The notes beneath the pieces are model-generated. The model did no database searches, was not told where the DNA came from, and was given only the letters and a program-made list of their open reading frames with translations. The position numbers and the translations under genes were made by a program. From Obrimoposthia wandeli (Eukaryota): a DNA stretch of 64,000 nt. Positions 21,416 through 30,192 of the stretch are shown in pieces (position 1 is the first letter of the stretch; each line of letters opens with the position of its first letter). Location of the stretch: the NCBI GenBank assembly GCA_977020255.1, contig CDROCS010000506.1, positions 1,426,001 to 1,490,000 of the forward strand. Reading direction: 5' to 3'.

Positions 21416-22240
21416 ATGGCAACTTATTTTGTTGGTGATATCCAAGGTTGTTTTGACGATCTACAAGATCTACTACAACTGGCTAGTTTTGATCCACTAT
21501 GTGATCAGCTTTGGTTAACCGGCGATCTTGTTGCTCGTGGTCCAAAGTCATTAGAAACACTGCGTTTTGTTAAAGATCTTGGGGCTGCAGCCGTCACTGT
21601 ACTCGGTAATCATGACTTACATTTACTCGCAATTGATGCCGGATTAGCTAAGCTAAACCCTAAGGATAAGACCCAACCAATATTTAGCGCAGAAGATAAA
21701 GATGAATTGTTATTATGGCTACGACAACAGCCACTACTCGCTTACCATGACGCGTTTAATATTATTATGGTGCATGCCGGTATTAGCCCGCAATGGACTC
21801 AGCAACAAGCCAAACTTTATGCTGAAGAGGTTAATGCACAATTACGCAGTGATGATTACCAAACCTTATTGGCGCAGATGTACGGTGCGCATCCTAATTA
21901 TTGGCAAGACGAATTACAAGGCTTTGACCGCTCTCGCTTTATTATTAATGCGTTTACTCGAATGCGTTTTTGCGACATCGATGGCCAACTCGAGTTTCAT
22001 AACAAACATTCACCAGCAGAAAATGACAATGCACAACATATCCCCTGGTACGAAGTAGCCGGCTCACACCTTGATGGTGCCCATGTTATTTTTGGCCACT
22101 GGGCAGCATTAGAAGGCAATTGTAGTCATGAAAATGCCACAACACTTGATACTGGCTGCGTTTGGGGTAATAGCTTAACCATGTTGCGCTGGGAAGATAA
22201 GGCAGTCTTTTCCGTTGCCTGCCCTATTCATGCAACATAA
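21416..22240 (+). CDS. apaH: Symmetrical bis(5'-nucleosyl)-tetraphosphatase
   Basis: GDIQGC, GDLVARGP, GNHDLH, FGHWAAL, DTGCVWG. Confidence 0.97.
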   Translation: MATYFVGDIQGCFDDLQDLLQLASFDPLCDQLWLTGDLVARGPKSLETLRFVKDLGAAAVTVLGNHDLHLLAIDAGLAKLNPKDKTQPIFSAEDKDELLLWLRQQPLLAYHDAFNIIMVHAGISPQWTQQQAKLYAEEVNAQLRSDDYQTLLAQMYGAHPNYWQDELQGFDRSRFIINAFTRMRFCDIDGQLEFHNKHSPAENDNAQHIPWYEVAGSHLDGAHVIFGHWAALEGNCSHENATTLDTGCVWGNSLTMLRWEDKAVFSVACPIHAT

Positions 22241-22452
22241 TTGACTGGTACAAGATTAAATAATAAGCGGGTTATCACAGTGTTGAACTTATGTTAAGTA
22301 ATAACATAATTGTTCGTATATACTGCCACCTAAATTTTAGCCTGCCCACATCAATATTATCTCAAAACAGTATATTGACGTGGTTTGGTTGAGCTTAGCT
22401 ATAAAAATAACAAATAAAAATACATAACAATTTTACAACTAAGGCTATATAC

Positions 22453-23943
22453 ATGATTGAAAATAATTTCATTATTACAGCTACATTCCTTGTTTATCTT
22501 GCTGTTATGCTTGGTATCGGTGTGTATGCTTATCGACAAACCAAAAGTTCAACAGACTACTTTTTAGGAGGCCGTAATTTAGGCCCTTGGCCAGCAGCAT
22601 TATCTGCAGGTGCTTCTGATATGAGTGGTTGGTTATTACTTGGTTTACCTGGTTATGCTTATGCTGCCGGTATGGAAGCGATCTGGTTAGCAGGTGGTTT
22701 ATTAATTGGTACTTGGCTGAACTGGTTGATCTGTGCAAAACGTTTACGTACGTACAGCATAGTAACCAAATCAATTACGCTACCTGAATTCTTATCTCGT
22801 CGTTTTAAAGACAACTCAAAAGCAATTCAAATTTGTTCTGCATTCTTTATCCTGATGTTCTTCTTGTTCTATACAAGTTCAGGCTTAGTGGCTGGCGGTA
22901 AATTATTTGAAACAGTATTTGGTCTTGATTATCAAATCGCAGTAGTACTTGGTACTGCTTGTGTAGTTTCTTATACGCTATTCGGTGGTTTCCTTGCGGT
23001 ATCTTGGACTGATTTAGTACAAGGCCTATTGATGTCTGCTGCACTATTAATCGTGCCACTCAGCGCGATGGACGGTAGCTTCAGCGATCTAGCAGCATCA
23101 ATGAGAGATATTAATCCAGAACTACTGACTATTTGGCAAAACAGCAAGGGTGAAGACCTTAGCGCTATTGCGATTATCTCATTAGCAGCTTGGGGTTTAG
23201 GCTATTTTGGTCAGCCACACATTCTGGCACGTTTCAAAGCAACACGTAGCAATAAAGATCTTGTTAAAGCACGTCGCATTGCCGTAATTTGGACAACATT
23301 GTCTATGTTTGGTGCTATGTTAGTGGGTCTCGTTGGTTTGGTTTACACCAATACCAATAACATCACTATTGCTGATACTGAAACTATCTTCATGTTATTA
23401 GTGAACAGCATCTTCCATCCTGTTATTGCCGGTATTTTACTTGCTGCAATCTTAGCGGCAATCATGAGTACTGCGGATTCACAGCTACTTGTATCATCAT
23501 CTGCGCTAGCTGAAGATTTCTACAAACAGTTGATTCGTCCACAAGCAACGAGCGAAGAACTGGTTACTGTTGGTCGTTTTGGCGTGGTAGGTCTGTCTAT
23601 CATTGCATTGCTACTTGCACTTAACCCTGATAGCTCAGTACTTGGTTTAGTATCATATGCATGGGCTGGTTTCGGTGCTGCATTTGGTCCAGCATTAATT
23701 ATCTCACTATACTGGCGCGGTATGACCCGTAATGGTGCCCTTGCTGGTATTATTATTGGTGCAGTTACAGTTGTAGTATGGAAACAGCTAAGTGGTGGTA
23801 TCTTCGATTTATATGAAATCGTACCAGGTATCATCTTTGCTTCATTAGCGATTATCATCATCTCACTAATGAATAAACAAGACGATGAAAGTATCCAAAA
23901 AGAGTACGACGAATACGAGTCTGCTTTAGATACGATGGACTAA
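22453..23943 (+). CDS. putP: Sodium/proline symporter (SSS family)
   Basis: SAGASDMSGWLLLGLPG, GYFGQPHIL, AAIMSTADSQLL; no putA adjacent. Confidence 0.9.
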   Translation: MIENNFIITATFLVYLAVMLGIGVYAYRQTKSSTDYFLGGRNLGPWPAALSAGASDMSGWLLLGLPGYAYAAGMEAIWLAGGLLIGTWLNWLICAKRLRTYSIVTKSITLPEFLSRRFKDNSKAIQICSAFFILMFFLFYTSSGLVAGGKLFETVFGLDYQIAVVLGTACVVSYTLFGGFLAVSWTDLVQGLLMSAALLIVPLSAMDGSFSDLAASMRDINPELLTIWQNSKGEDLSAIAIISLAAWGLGYFGQPHILARFKATRSNKDLVKARRIAVIWTTLSMFGAMLVGLVGLVYTNTNNITIADTETIFMLLVNSIFHPVIAGILLAAILAAIMSTADSQLLVSSSALAEDFYKQLIRPQATSEELVTVGRFGVVGLSIIALLLALNPDSSVLGLVSYAWAGFGAAFGPALIISLYWRGMTRNGALAGIIIGAVTVVVWKQLSGGIFDLYEIVPGIIFASLAIIIISLMNKQDDESIQKEYDEYESALDTMD

Positions 23944-23979
23944 TAGCCACCAGCGGTAACACGCTCGCTATTTAGCCAT

Positions 23980-24024
23980 AAAAAATGCCGCACTATCACT
24001 GTAAAGTGTTACTGCGGCATTTTT
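23980..24024. terminator. Bidirectional terminator between putP and folA
   Basis: AAAAATGCCGCA...TGCGGCATTTTT stem with A and T tracts on both sides. Confidence 0.8.
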
Positions 24025-24030
24025 ATTTTC

Positions 24031-24065
24031 TTATTTCTTATTTCTTATTTCTTATTTCTTATTTC
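24031..24065. repeat. Heptanucleotide tandem repeat (TTATTTC)x5
   Basis: Five perfect copies counted directly; one imperfect copy precedes them. Confidence 0.95.
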
Positions 24066-24070
24066 TTTCT

Positions 24071-24102
24071 AGTTCAGTTCAGTTCAGTTCAGTTCAGTTC
24101 AG
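24071..24102. repeat. Pentanucleotide tandem repeat (AGTTC)x6
   Basis: Six perfect copies plus AG, counted directly. Confidence 0.95.
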
Positions 24103-24131
24103 AGTAATTTAACTCTTCTACAAAAACCTAC

Positions 24132-24620
24132 CTACTTCACTCGTTCAAGTAAACTAAAACGATAGTCATGCGGATTCTTATCATCTGCTACAAAGTGTTC
24201 TTGCTCTATTTCTTGCCAGTTATATTGCTCATAATCAGGGAACCAAGTATCCCCTGCAGTTGTTAATTCAATATGAGTCAGATACAGACGATCTGCCGCT
24301 GCTAAGCACTGATTATAAATAGTTGCGCCACCGATAATCATCAGCTCTTCAACATCACCAGCAGCCACAATAGCATCCTCGAGTGTCGCTACAACCGTCA
24401 CACCATCTGCGGTGTAATCACTTTGTCGACTTAATACTATATTTAAACGACCCGGTAATGGACGACCAATAGATTCAAAGGTATTACGTCCCATGACGAT
24501 AGGCTTACCTAACGTCGCACGTTTAAATAATTGTAATTCAGCAGGTAAATGCCACGGCATCTTATTATCTAAACCAATCACGCGGTTATTTGCCAGCGCG
24601 GCAATCATGGAAACAATCAC
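24132..24620 (-). CDS. folA: Dihydrofolate reductase
   Basis: IGLDNKMPWHLP, VMGRNTFESIGRPLPGR, IIGGA, GDTWFP. Confidence 0.97.
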   Translation of the reverse strand: MIVSMIAALANNRVIGLDNKMPWHLPAELQLFKRATLGKPIVMGRNTFESIGRPLPGRLNIVLSRQSDYTADGVTVVATLEDAIVAAGDVEELMIIGGATIYNQCLAAADRLYLTHIELTTAGDTWFPDYEQYNWQEIEQEHFVADDKNPHDYRFSLLERVK

Positions 24621-24633
24621 AACAGATCCTTAA

Positions 24634-25101
24634 TCAAACAATAGGCTTATTACGGTACACCAGCACAGGGGCAATCGCCAGACCAAAGCTTAAGCCAATC
24701 AAAATAAAGAGGGTCAGTAAACCATTTTCAACGACTTGCTGCTGTAATGCCACACTATAACCTTGATGGTGCAACGTCATCAAACCTGTCATGGTTTTAT
24801 ACGCATACACACCGGGGATCATAGGGATAATAGCCGCTACCGTCACCACTGGTCGTGGGATCAATACTTTTCTCGACCAAGGAACGGTGGCTAATCCTAA
24901 TAACGTAGCAGCAATAAATGACGCCCATTCAATGGGGACATTCATGTGTAATAGCAGCGTTCTAACGGCATGCGCACTGGCGGCAAATAATACACAAGCT
25001 AACAACGCTTGACGGGGAACATTAAATAACAAGGCAAAGCCAAATGCCGCTATACCGGCGAAAAACGCATCAGCCACAAGCATCAATAATAACTCACTCA
25101 T
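24634..25101 (-). CDS. ThrE_2-family exporter subunit (YjjB-like)
   Basis: GFALLFNVP and IPMIPGVYAY motifs; ATG at 25101 overlaps the upstream stop (ATGA), so the ORF-track start at 25185 is too long. Confidence 0.85.
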   Translation of the reverse strand: MSELLLMLVADAFFAGIAAFGFALLFNVPRQALLACVLFAASAHAVRTLLLHMNVPIEWASFIAATLLGLATVPWSRKVLIPRPVVTVAAIIPMIPGVYAYKTMTGLMTLHHQGYSVALQQQVVENGLLTLFILIGLSFGLAIAPVLVYRNKPIV

Positions 25102-25910
25102 AGCCAGCCTCCCAGTTGTGCTAATTGCATTGCAAGGACAATACCGAGTGTCGAAGCGAGGGTAAGTAAAGTCGCCGTCATCCACCTCGCCATACCAATA
25201 GTCACGTGCCCTTTCACCATATCTGATACTGCATTAATGAGTGGGAAACCAGGCACAAGCTGTAATACGCTAGTGACCATCACCAACTCTGGTACATTAC
25301 CCCAGCCAAAGCCAGTGGCAAAGCTGCCAATAAAGGTAGCAACAAATGCTGTAATAAAAAATACCGTCAATAAATTATGGTGTAATTGGGTTAACCATTG
25401 ACGAATACGCATTGCCACAAAACTGGTTAGCCAAGTGGCAATAAAAACAATACTATCACCACCAAATAAATGGCTAAAACAAGCACAGGATAAGGCAACA
25501 AAACATGCAACAATAACAGCATTGTATTTGGGGACAGCTAAGTTATCTAAACGCAATTTCACCTGCTCAAGCCCATAAATCTTCTTTTCGGCCAGAATAC
25601 AAATACGCTGAACTTCACAGACAATCCCCATATCGATGCCATGGGCTTTCATTGTCCGTGTAGTCGTCACACAGTGGTCGTTGAATCGAGAAGTAAGAAT
25701 GATGGCTTTGGAGGTCAGCGCTATTTCAACGCTGTCTAAACCAAACGCAATGCCAAGGCGTTCAGTTGTTTGTTCTATGAGTCGGCTTTCTGCATTATAA
25801 GCCTGTAATAACTGCCCAGCTCGAGCAATAACCCGAGTGATAGCCGCTTGTTCATCACGACTAATGAACTGTTGATTAGCTATTTGTTGATTAGCTATGT
25901 TGGGATCCAT
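25098..25910 (-). CDS. ThrE-family threonine/serine/succinate exporter subunit (YjjP-like)
   Basis: AESRLIEQ..RLG, GIDM..V, LVPGFPLINAVSD. Confidence 0.88.
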   Translation of the reverse strand: MDPNIANQQIANQQFISRDEQAAITRVIARAGQLLQAYNAESRLIEQTTERLGIAFGLDSVEIALTSKAIILTSRFNDHCVTTTRTMKAHGIDMGIVCEVQRICILAEKKIYGLEQVKLRLDNLAVPKYNAVIVACFVALSCACFSHLFGGDSIVFIATWLTSFVAMRIRQWLTQLHHNLLTVFFITAFVATFIGSFATGFGWGNVPELVMVTSVLQLVPGFPLINAVSDMVKGHVTIGMARWMTATLLTLASTLGIVLAMQLAQLGGWL

Positions 25911-25979
25911 GAAAAAAGCTCACTACCTATCACTTATTGAATAGTTAATTATAATCTTTAAAAATAAAACCCCATTGCG

Positions 25980-26768
25980 TTACATCACGATTGGATGCGA
26001 AAACTCGGCATTATGAATCACAGTGCTTTCATAACCATAAACATCTCGAATATTGTCAGTGGTCACCACATGCTTAGCATTACCATTGGCGCAGATATTA
26101 CCTTCTTTCAATAAGATGATCCTATCTGCATACTTAGACGCAAGATTAAGATCATGTAATACCGCAATAACCGCCACACCTGTTTGCGCTAAATGCTTCG
26201 CACTTTTTAATAGCTGGTGTTGATAGTTAATATCAAGGGCAGCCGTTGGTTCATCCAATAACAATAATTGCGGCTTATTCTTATTGCCTACCGCAAGCTG
26301 CAACAATACTCGCGCAAAGTGTACTCGTTGTTTCTCACCACCAGATAATGTTGGATAAGCACGGCTTTTTAAATGGTCTATCTCTTGTTCACGTAAAATA
26401 GTTTCAGCAAGATCTTGTACCTTAGTTTGGCCACAATCAGCCTGTAAACCGCCCATCAATACGACATCAATCACTTGAAATGCAAAACTTAAACTCGCAC
26501 TTTGCGGTAATACGGCGAGTGTTTTAGCAATCTCACTCATGTTAATTTGATTACGCATTTCACCATTTAAAAAAATAGTACCAGAACTGGGCTTTAATTC
26601 CCCCGTAATGGCTTTGAACAATGAGCTTTTACCCGCGCCATTCGGACCGAGGACAGCCAAGAACTCGCCTTCGTCTAAGGTTAAATTGAGGTCATTAAAA
26701 ATACATTTACCAGCAATATTATAATTTAACTGCCTACAGTGCAGCACAGGTGTTGTCACGTTTAACAT
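25980..26768 (-). CDS. hmuV: Heme ABC transporter ATPase (HutD/HmuV)
   Basis: GPNGAGKS, LSGGEKQRVHFARVLLQL, LDEPT..LD, AVLHDLNLA. Confidence 0.9.
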   Translation of the reverse strand: MLNVTTPVLHCRQLNYNIAGKCIFNDLNLTLDEGEFLAVLGPNGAGKSSLFKAITGELKPSSGTIFLNGEMRNQINMSEIAKTLAVLPQSASLSFAFQVIDVVLMGGLQADCGQTKVQDLAETILREQEIDHLKSRAYPTLSGGEKQRVHFARVLLQLAVGNKNKPQLLLLDEPTAALDINYQHQLLKSAKHLAQTGVAVIAVLHDLNLASKYADRIILLKEGNICANGNAKHVVTTDNIRDVYGYESTVIHNAEFSHPIVM

Positions 26769-26772
26769 CAGA

Positions 26773-27825
26773 CTATATCCCTAACTTAGAACGTTGTTGA
26801 AGTAATAGAATAATAAAGAAAGGACTACCCAATAACGCCGTAATAATACCAACAGGGAGTTCACTAGGCGCCATAATTGTGCGCGCGATAATATCCGCAA
26901 GTAATAATAGTAACGCGCCGAGCATGGCGGATAATGGTAATAAACGTTGGTGGTTTGGCCCGACAAGTAAGCGTACCAAATGCGGTATAATTAGCCCAAT
27001 AAACCCGATCATTCCGGCTATCGAGACCGCTACACCTAAACCAATCGCACAGCAAAAAATTAAGCGACGTTTTAACCGTACGATATCGATACCAAGATGT
27101 ACCGCCTCAGCATCCCCAAGTAATAAAATATTCAAGGACTTCGCTGATGACATAAATACCACCAGCAAAAATACCAAGGTAATACTGCTAATCGTAATGC
27201 TAATCCAATTACTCCCCGCCATTGACCCCATCTGCCATAAACTTAAATCACGTAAGCTTTGATCATCAGCGATGTACGTCAACATGCCCATACCCGCGCC
27301 TGCGATAGCACTAATAGCAACGCCGGCAAGCAACATGACCACAACGGAACTGCCTTGACTACTCGTACCGAGTTTATAGACCAATAAGCAAACCGCTAAG
27401 GCAAAGGTAAACGCAAAGAACGATACTGTACTCAGCTGTAACCAATCCGGTAAATCCACCATCAGGTCGGAAAAAATAACGATACCAAGTCCAGCTCCTA
27501 GCGCAGCACCACTGCTTACGCCAATAATACCAGGATCAGCTAACGGGTTACGAAATACCCCTTGCATCACCGCGCCAGTTAACCCCAATATTCCGCCAAT
27601 GGACAAGCAAAGTAGCGTCCTAGGTAAACGAATATTACTGACAACAATGGCATTTTGAGCGCTCACAGGTGTTTTCCAGTTAACCCAATCAACGAATAAT
27701 GCTTTGATACTATCCGCAAACGAGATCGCCATCGGTCCCACAGAGACAGATAACACAACCATAGAGGCGAGGATCAATAAAATAAAACTAGGTAACAATA
27801 ATGGCCGACGGCTATTAACAAACAT
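26773..27825 (-). CDS. hmuU: Heme ABC transporter permease (HutC/HmuU, FecCD family)
   Basis: IRLPRTLL, FRNPLADPGIIGVSSGA, IGFIGLIIPH, ELPVG. Confidence 0.9.
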   Translation of the reverse strand: MFVNSRRPLLLPSFILLILASMVVLSVSVGPMAISFADSIKALFVDWVNWKTPVSAQNAIVVSNIRLPRTLLCLSIGGILGLTGAVMQGVFRNPLADPGIIGVSSGAALGAGLGIVIFSDLMVDLPDWLQLSTVSFFAFTFALAVCLLVYKLGTSSQGSSVVVMLLAGVAISAIAGAGMGMLTYIADDQSLRDLSLWQMGSMAGSNWISITISSITLVFLLVVFMSSAKSLNILLLGDAEAVHLGIDIVRLKRRLIFCCAIGLGVAVSIAGMIGFIGLIIPHLVRLLVGPNHQRLLPLSAMLGALLLLLADIIARTIMAPSELPVGIITALLGSPFFIILLLQQRSKLGI

Positions 27826-27833
27826 ATGCTCCC

Positions 27834-28700
27834 TTAATGCTTTAATTCAAGCGCTGAATCTGCAGATAATTGCGGGTATAACTTAACCTGTAATTGCTTT
27901 GCTTGCTCGATACTATTCAAACCTAATCCACCGATTAATGCGCTGCCATCAATAACATAAATCGCTTTATTACGGCCTGCAGGTGTTTCTGCTAATAACG
28001 GCATGGCTGCGATCAACGTATCGATATCTTGATATTTCTGCCAATGACGACCACTGACTAAAATACTTTCAGGCGCCATAGCTAAAAAGGCTTCAGCAGA
28101 TAATGCTTGATAAGAATTAAGTTCCGCCGCAGGGTTAACTGCGCCAGCTAATGTCATTACCGAGTGCGCCGTCGTATTGCTACCTGCCGCAGTGTAAGTT
28201 CCTTTGTCATTAAGCAGTAAAAATAACATTTTTTTCGTGTGCTTAATTTTCAGATTATTTTCTTCTAGGGTGGTTATATCACTGTCTAATTTAGTTATTA
28301 ATTGTGTCGCTTGTGATTGACGATCTAATTTATTACCGAGTTGCTTAATCGTATCCAGTAGGTTATCTGTTGTTGTTTCTGTCGGTAACACCATCACCTC
28401 AACACCACTTTGCGATAATAGATCAAGCGTCGATTGCGGGCCCATTTCACTGCTGCCGATCAGCATGTCAGGGGCTAATGATAATAACCCTTCCGCGGAT
28501 AATTGGCGGTGATAACCAACCACAGGTAATTTAGCCACAGCGGGATAACGGCTTGTTAAATCAACAGCAACCAAATCATCTTGTTTATCTAAAGCGATAA
28601 GTAGTTCAGTCACACCCGCTCCTGCACTAATAATGCGATCTTCAGCAATACTCGTAAATGACAGTAATAAACAACAAGCGCCAATCCAAACCTTATTCAT
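27834..28700 (-). CDS. hutB: Periplasmic heme-binding protein (HutB/HmuT)
   Basis: VAVDLTS, VGYHRQLSAEGLLSL, GSSEMGP. Confidence 0.88.
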   Translation of the reverse strand: MNKVWIGACCLLLSFTSIAEDRIISAGAGVTELLIALDKQDDLVAVDLTSRYPAVAKLPVVGYHRQLSAEGLLSLAPDMLIGSSEMGPQSTLDLLSQSGVEVMVLPTETTTDNLLDTIKQLGNKLDRQSQATQLITKLDSDITTLEENNLKIKHTKKMLFLLLNDKGTYTAAGSNTTAHSVMTLAGAVNPAAELNSYQALSAEAFLAMAPESILVSGRHWQKYQDIDTLIAAMPLLAETPAGRNKAIYVIDGSALIGGLGLNSIEQAKQLQVKLYPQLSADSALELKH

Positions 28701-28826
28701 GCTAATTCCAACCCAGTGTTAATTTTATAATTAAGTAATCTCGTTAAATAAACAGAGTCATCACCAAGCGTAGACTATGCTTATTTAACAAATATTTGCT
28801 CGCTAGTGTAAATAACAAACCACAAC

Positions 28827-28857
28827 AATGCAAATGAGAATTGGTTGCATTATCATT
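28827..28857. promoter_or_regulatory. Fur box(es) in the hutB/hutX divergent region
   Basis: AATGCAAATGAGAATTGGTTGCATTATCATT contains overlapping matches to GATAATGATAATCATTATC; heme-gene context. Confidence 0.8.
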
Positions 28858-28916
28858 AAGGTTATATTAGTCTGCTGTCATAACCTAATGATAAGGTCAC
28901 TTAAAGGCTTAACACT

Positions 28917-29462
28917 ATGCAAGAAATGCAAGAGAACACGATCCGAGATGCGATCCATCAGCTAATGACTGACAAGCCACGATTAAGAAGCATTGAAATT
29001 GCCCTTGAACTTAATTGCACAGAGCTGCAAGTGATCCATGCATTACCAGAGCAAGAAGTTAATTTATTGCCCGCAGAACAAGCACAGCGCTTATTAAGTG
29101 ATATTGCAGATTGGGGAAAAGTAACGTGTATTATTGAAGTATCTGGTTTTGTCTTTGAAGTGAAAGCACCTTTACCAAAAGGCAAAAATGCGTACGGTTA
29201 TTACAACCTTTCTCATGAAAGTGATGGCCTACAAGGTCACCTTAAATTGGATAACCTCTCTGCGATTGCCTTACTTACCCGTAAAGTACGCGGTAAATTA
29301 AGTTACTACGTGCAATTCTTTGATCATGAGGGTAACAGCGTATTTAAAATTTACCTAGGACGAAATCAAGATGGCGAGGTAAATCCAGAGCAGATAGTAC
29401 GTTTTAATGCGCTGTCAACGCAGACAATCACCGACGAGAAAATTGCGATAGTGACGAGTTAA
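28917..29462 (+). CDS. hutX: Cytosolic heme carrier HutX/ChuX
   Basis: WGKVT..I, FEVKAPLPKGK..GYYNL, GHLKLDN, FKIYLGR. Confidence 0.93.
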   Translation: MQEMQENTIRDAIHQLMTDKPRLRSIEIALELNCTELQVIHALPEQEVNLLPAEQAQRLLSDIADWGKVTCIIEVSGFVFEVKAPLPKGKNAYGYYNLSHESDGLQGHLKLDNLSAIALLTRKVRGKLSYYVQFFDHEGNSVFKIYLGRNQDGEVNPEQIVRFNALSTQTITDEKIAIVTS

Positions 29463-29530
29463 CAGTCTCGAGTTAGAGAGTAGCGAATTAGATAGCAACA
29501 AATTAAACACAAATAACGGACACTCAGATC

Positions 29531-30067
29531 ATGATAATGAACAAACAAGAACGTTTAGAAAACCGCTTACAGCCAAAAATTGCAGAGTTTAGAGAAGAGC
29601 GTCAAACATTAGTATTATCGACATTAAGTGAAGATGGGTTTCCACATATTAGCTATGCACCTTTTGTGCGTTTAGCTGATGGCTATTATATCTTAATCAG
29701 TGAAATTGCTGAGCACACTCAGAATCTACTGGTTAATAAAAACCTATCATTCATGTTATTAGAAGACGAACAGGACGCCAAACAGATCTTTGCACGTCAT
29801 CGTCTAACATACAAAGCCCGTGCAGAAGTGATGTCTCGAGAAAGTGAATCTTGGGCTCTCGCTATCCCAGCACTGGAAGCACGCTTTGGTGAAATTGTTA
29901 CCAACTTAAGTGGATTAAGCGATTTCCGTTTATTCCGTATCGAACCACAAAAAGGTCGCTATGTGAGAGGCTTCGGTAAAGCCTATACGGTTAATGGTAA
30001 TGACGATATTGATTTCGTTCATCTTGAACAAGGCCACAAGCAAATCAAAGCAGAAGTTGACGCTTAA
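29531..30067 (+). CDS. hutZ: Heme-degrading protein HutZ
   Basis: KQERLENRL, SYAPF, ISEIAEH, FARHRL, GRYVRGFGKAY, FVHL. Confidence 0.93.
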   Translation: MIMNKQERLENRLQPKIAEFREERQTLVLSTLSEDGFPHISYAPFVRLADGYYILISEIAEHTQNLLVNKNLSFMLLEDEQDAKQIFARHRLTYKARAEVMSRESESWALAIPALEARFGEIVTNLSGLSDFRLFRIEPQKGRYVRGFGKAYTVNGNDDIDFVHLEQGHKQIKAEVDA

Positions 30068-30141
30068 TTATCTAGTCATGACTCTCCGACAATATAACGG
30101 TCATAAATAGTATTTAATAAATAAAAAGTAAAATTAAAAGT

Positions 30142-30172
30142 AAAAGCAGATGGATTAATTCATCTGCTTTTT
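30142..30172. terminator. Bidirectional terminator between hutZ and tilS
   Basis: AAAAGCAGATG-GATTAATT-CATCTGCTTTTT. Confidence 0.82.
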
Positions 30173-30192
30173 TGTGTCTAATGCAATATAAG

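Noticed and set aside
22375-22405. 19-bp spacer as a MerR-type promoter
   Set aside because: No dyad between the -35 and -10, and no MerR gene nearby.
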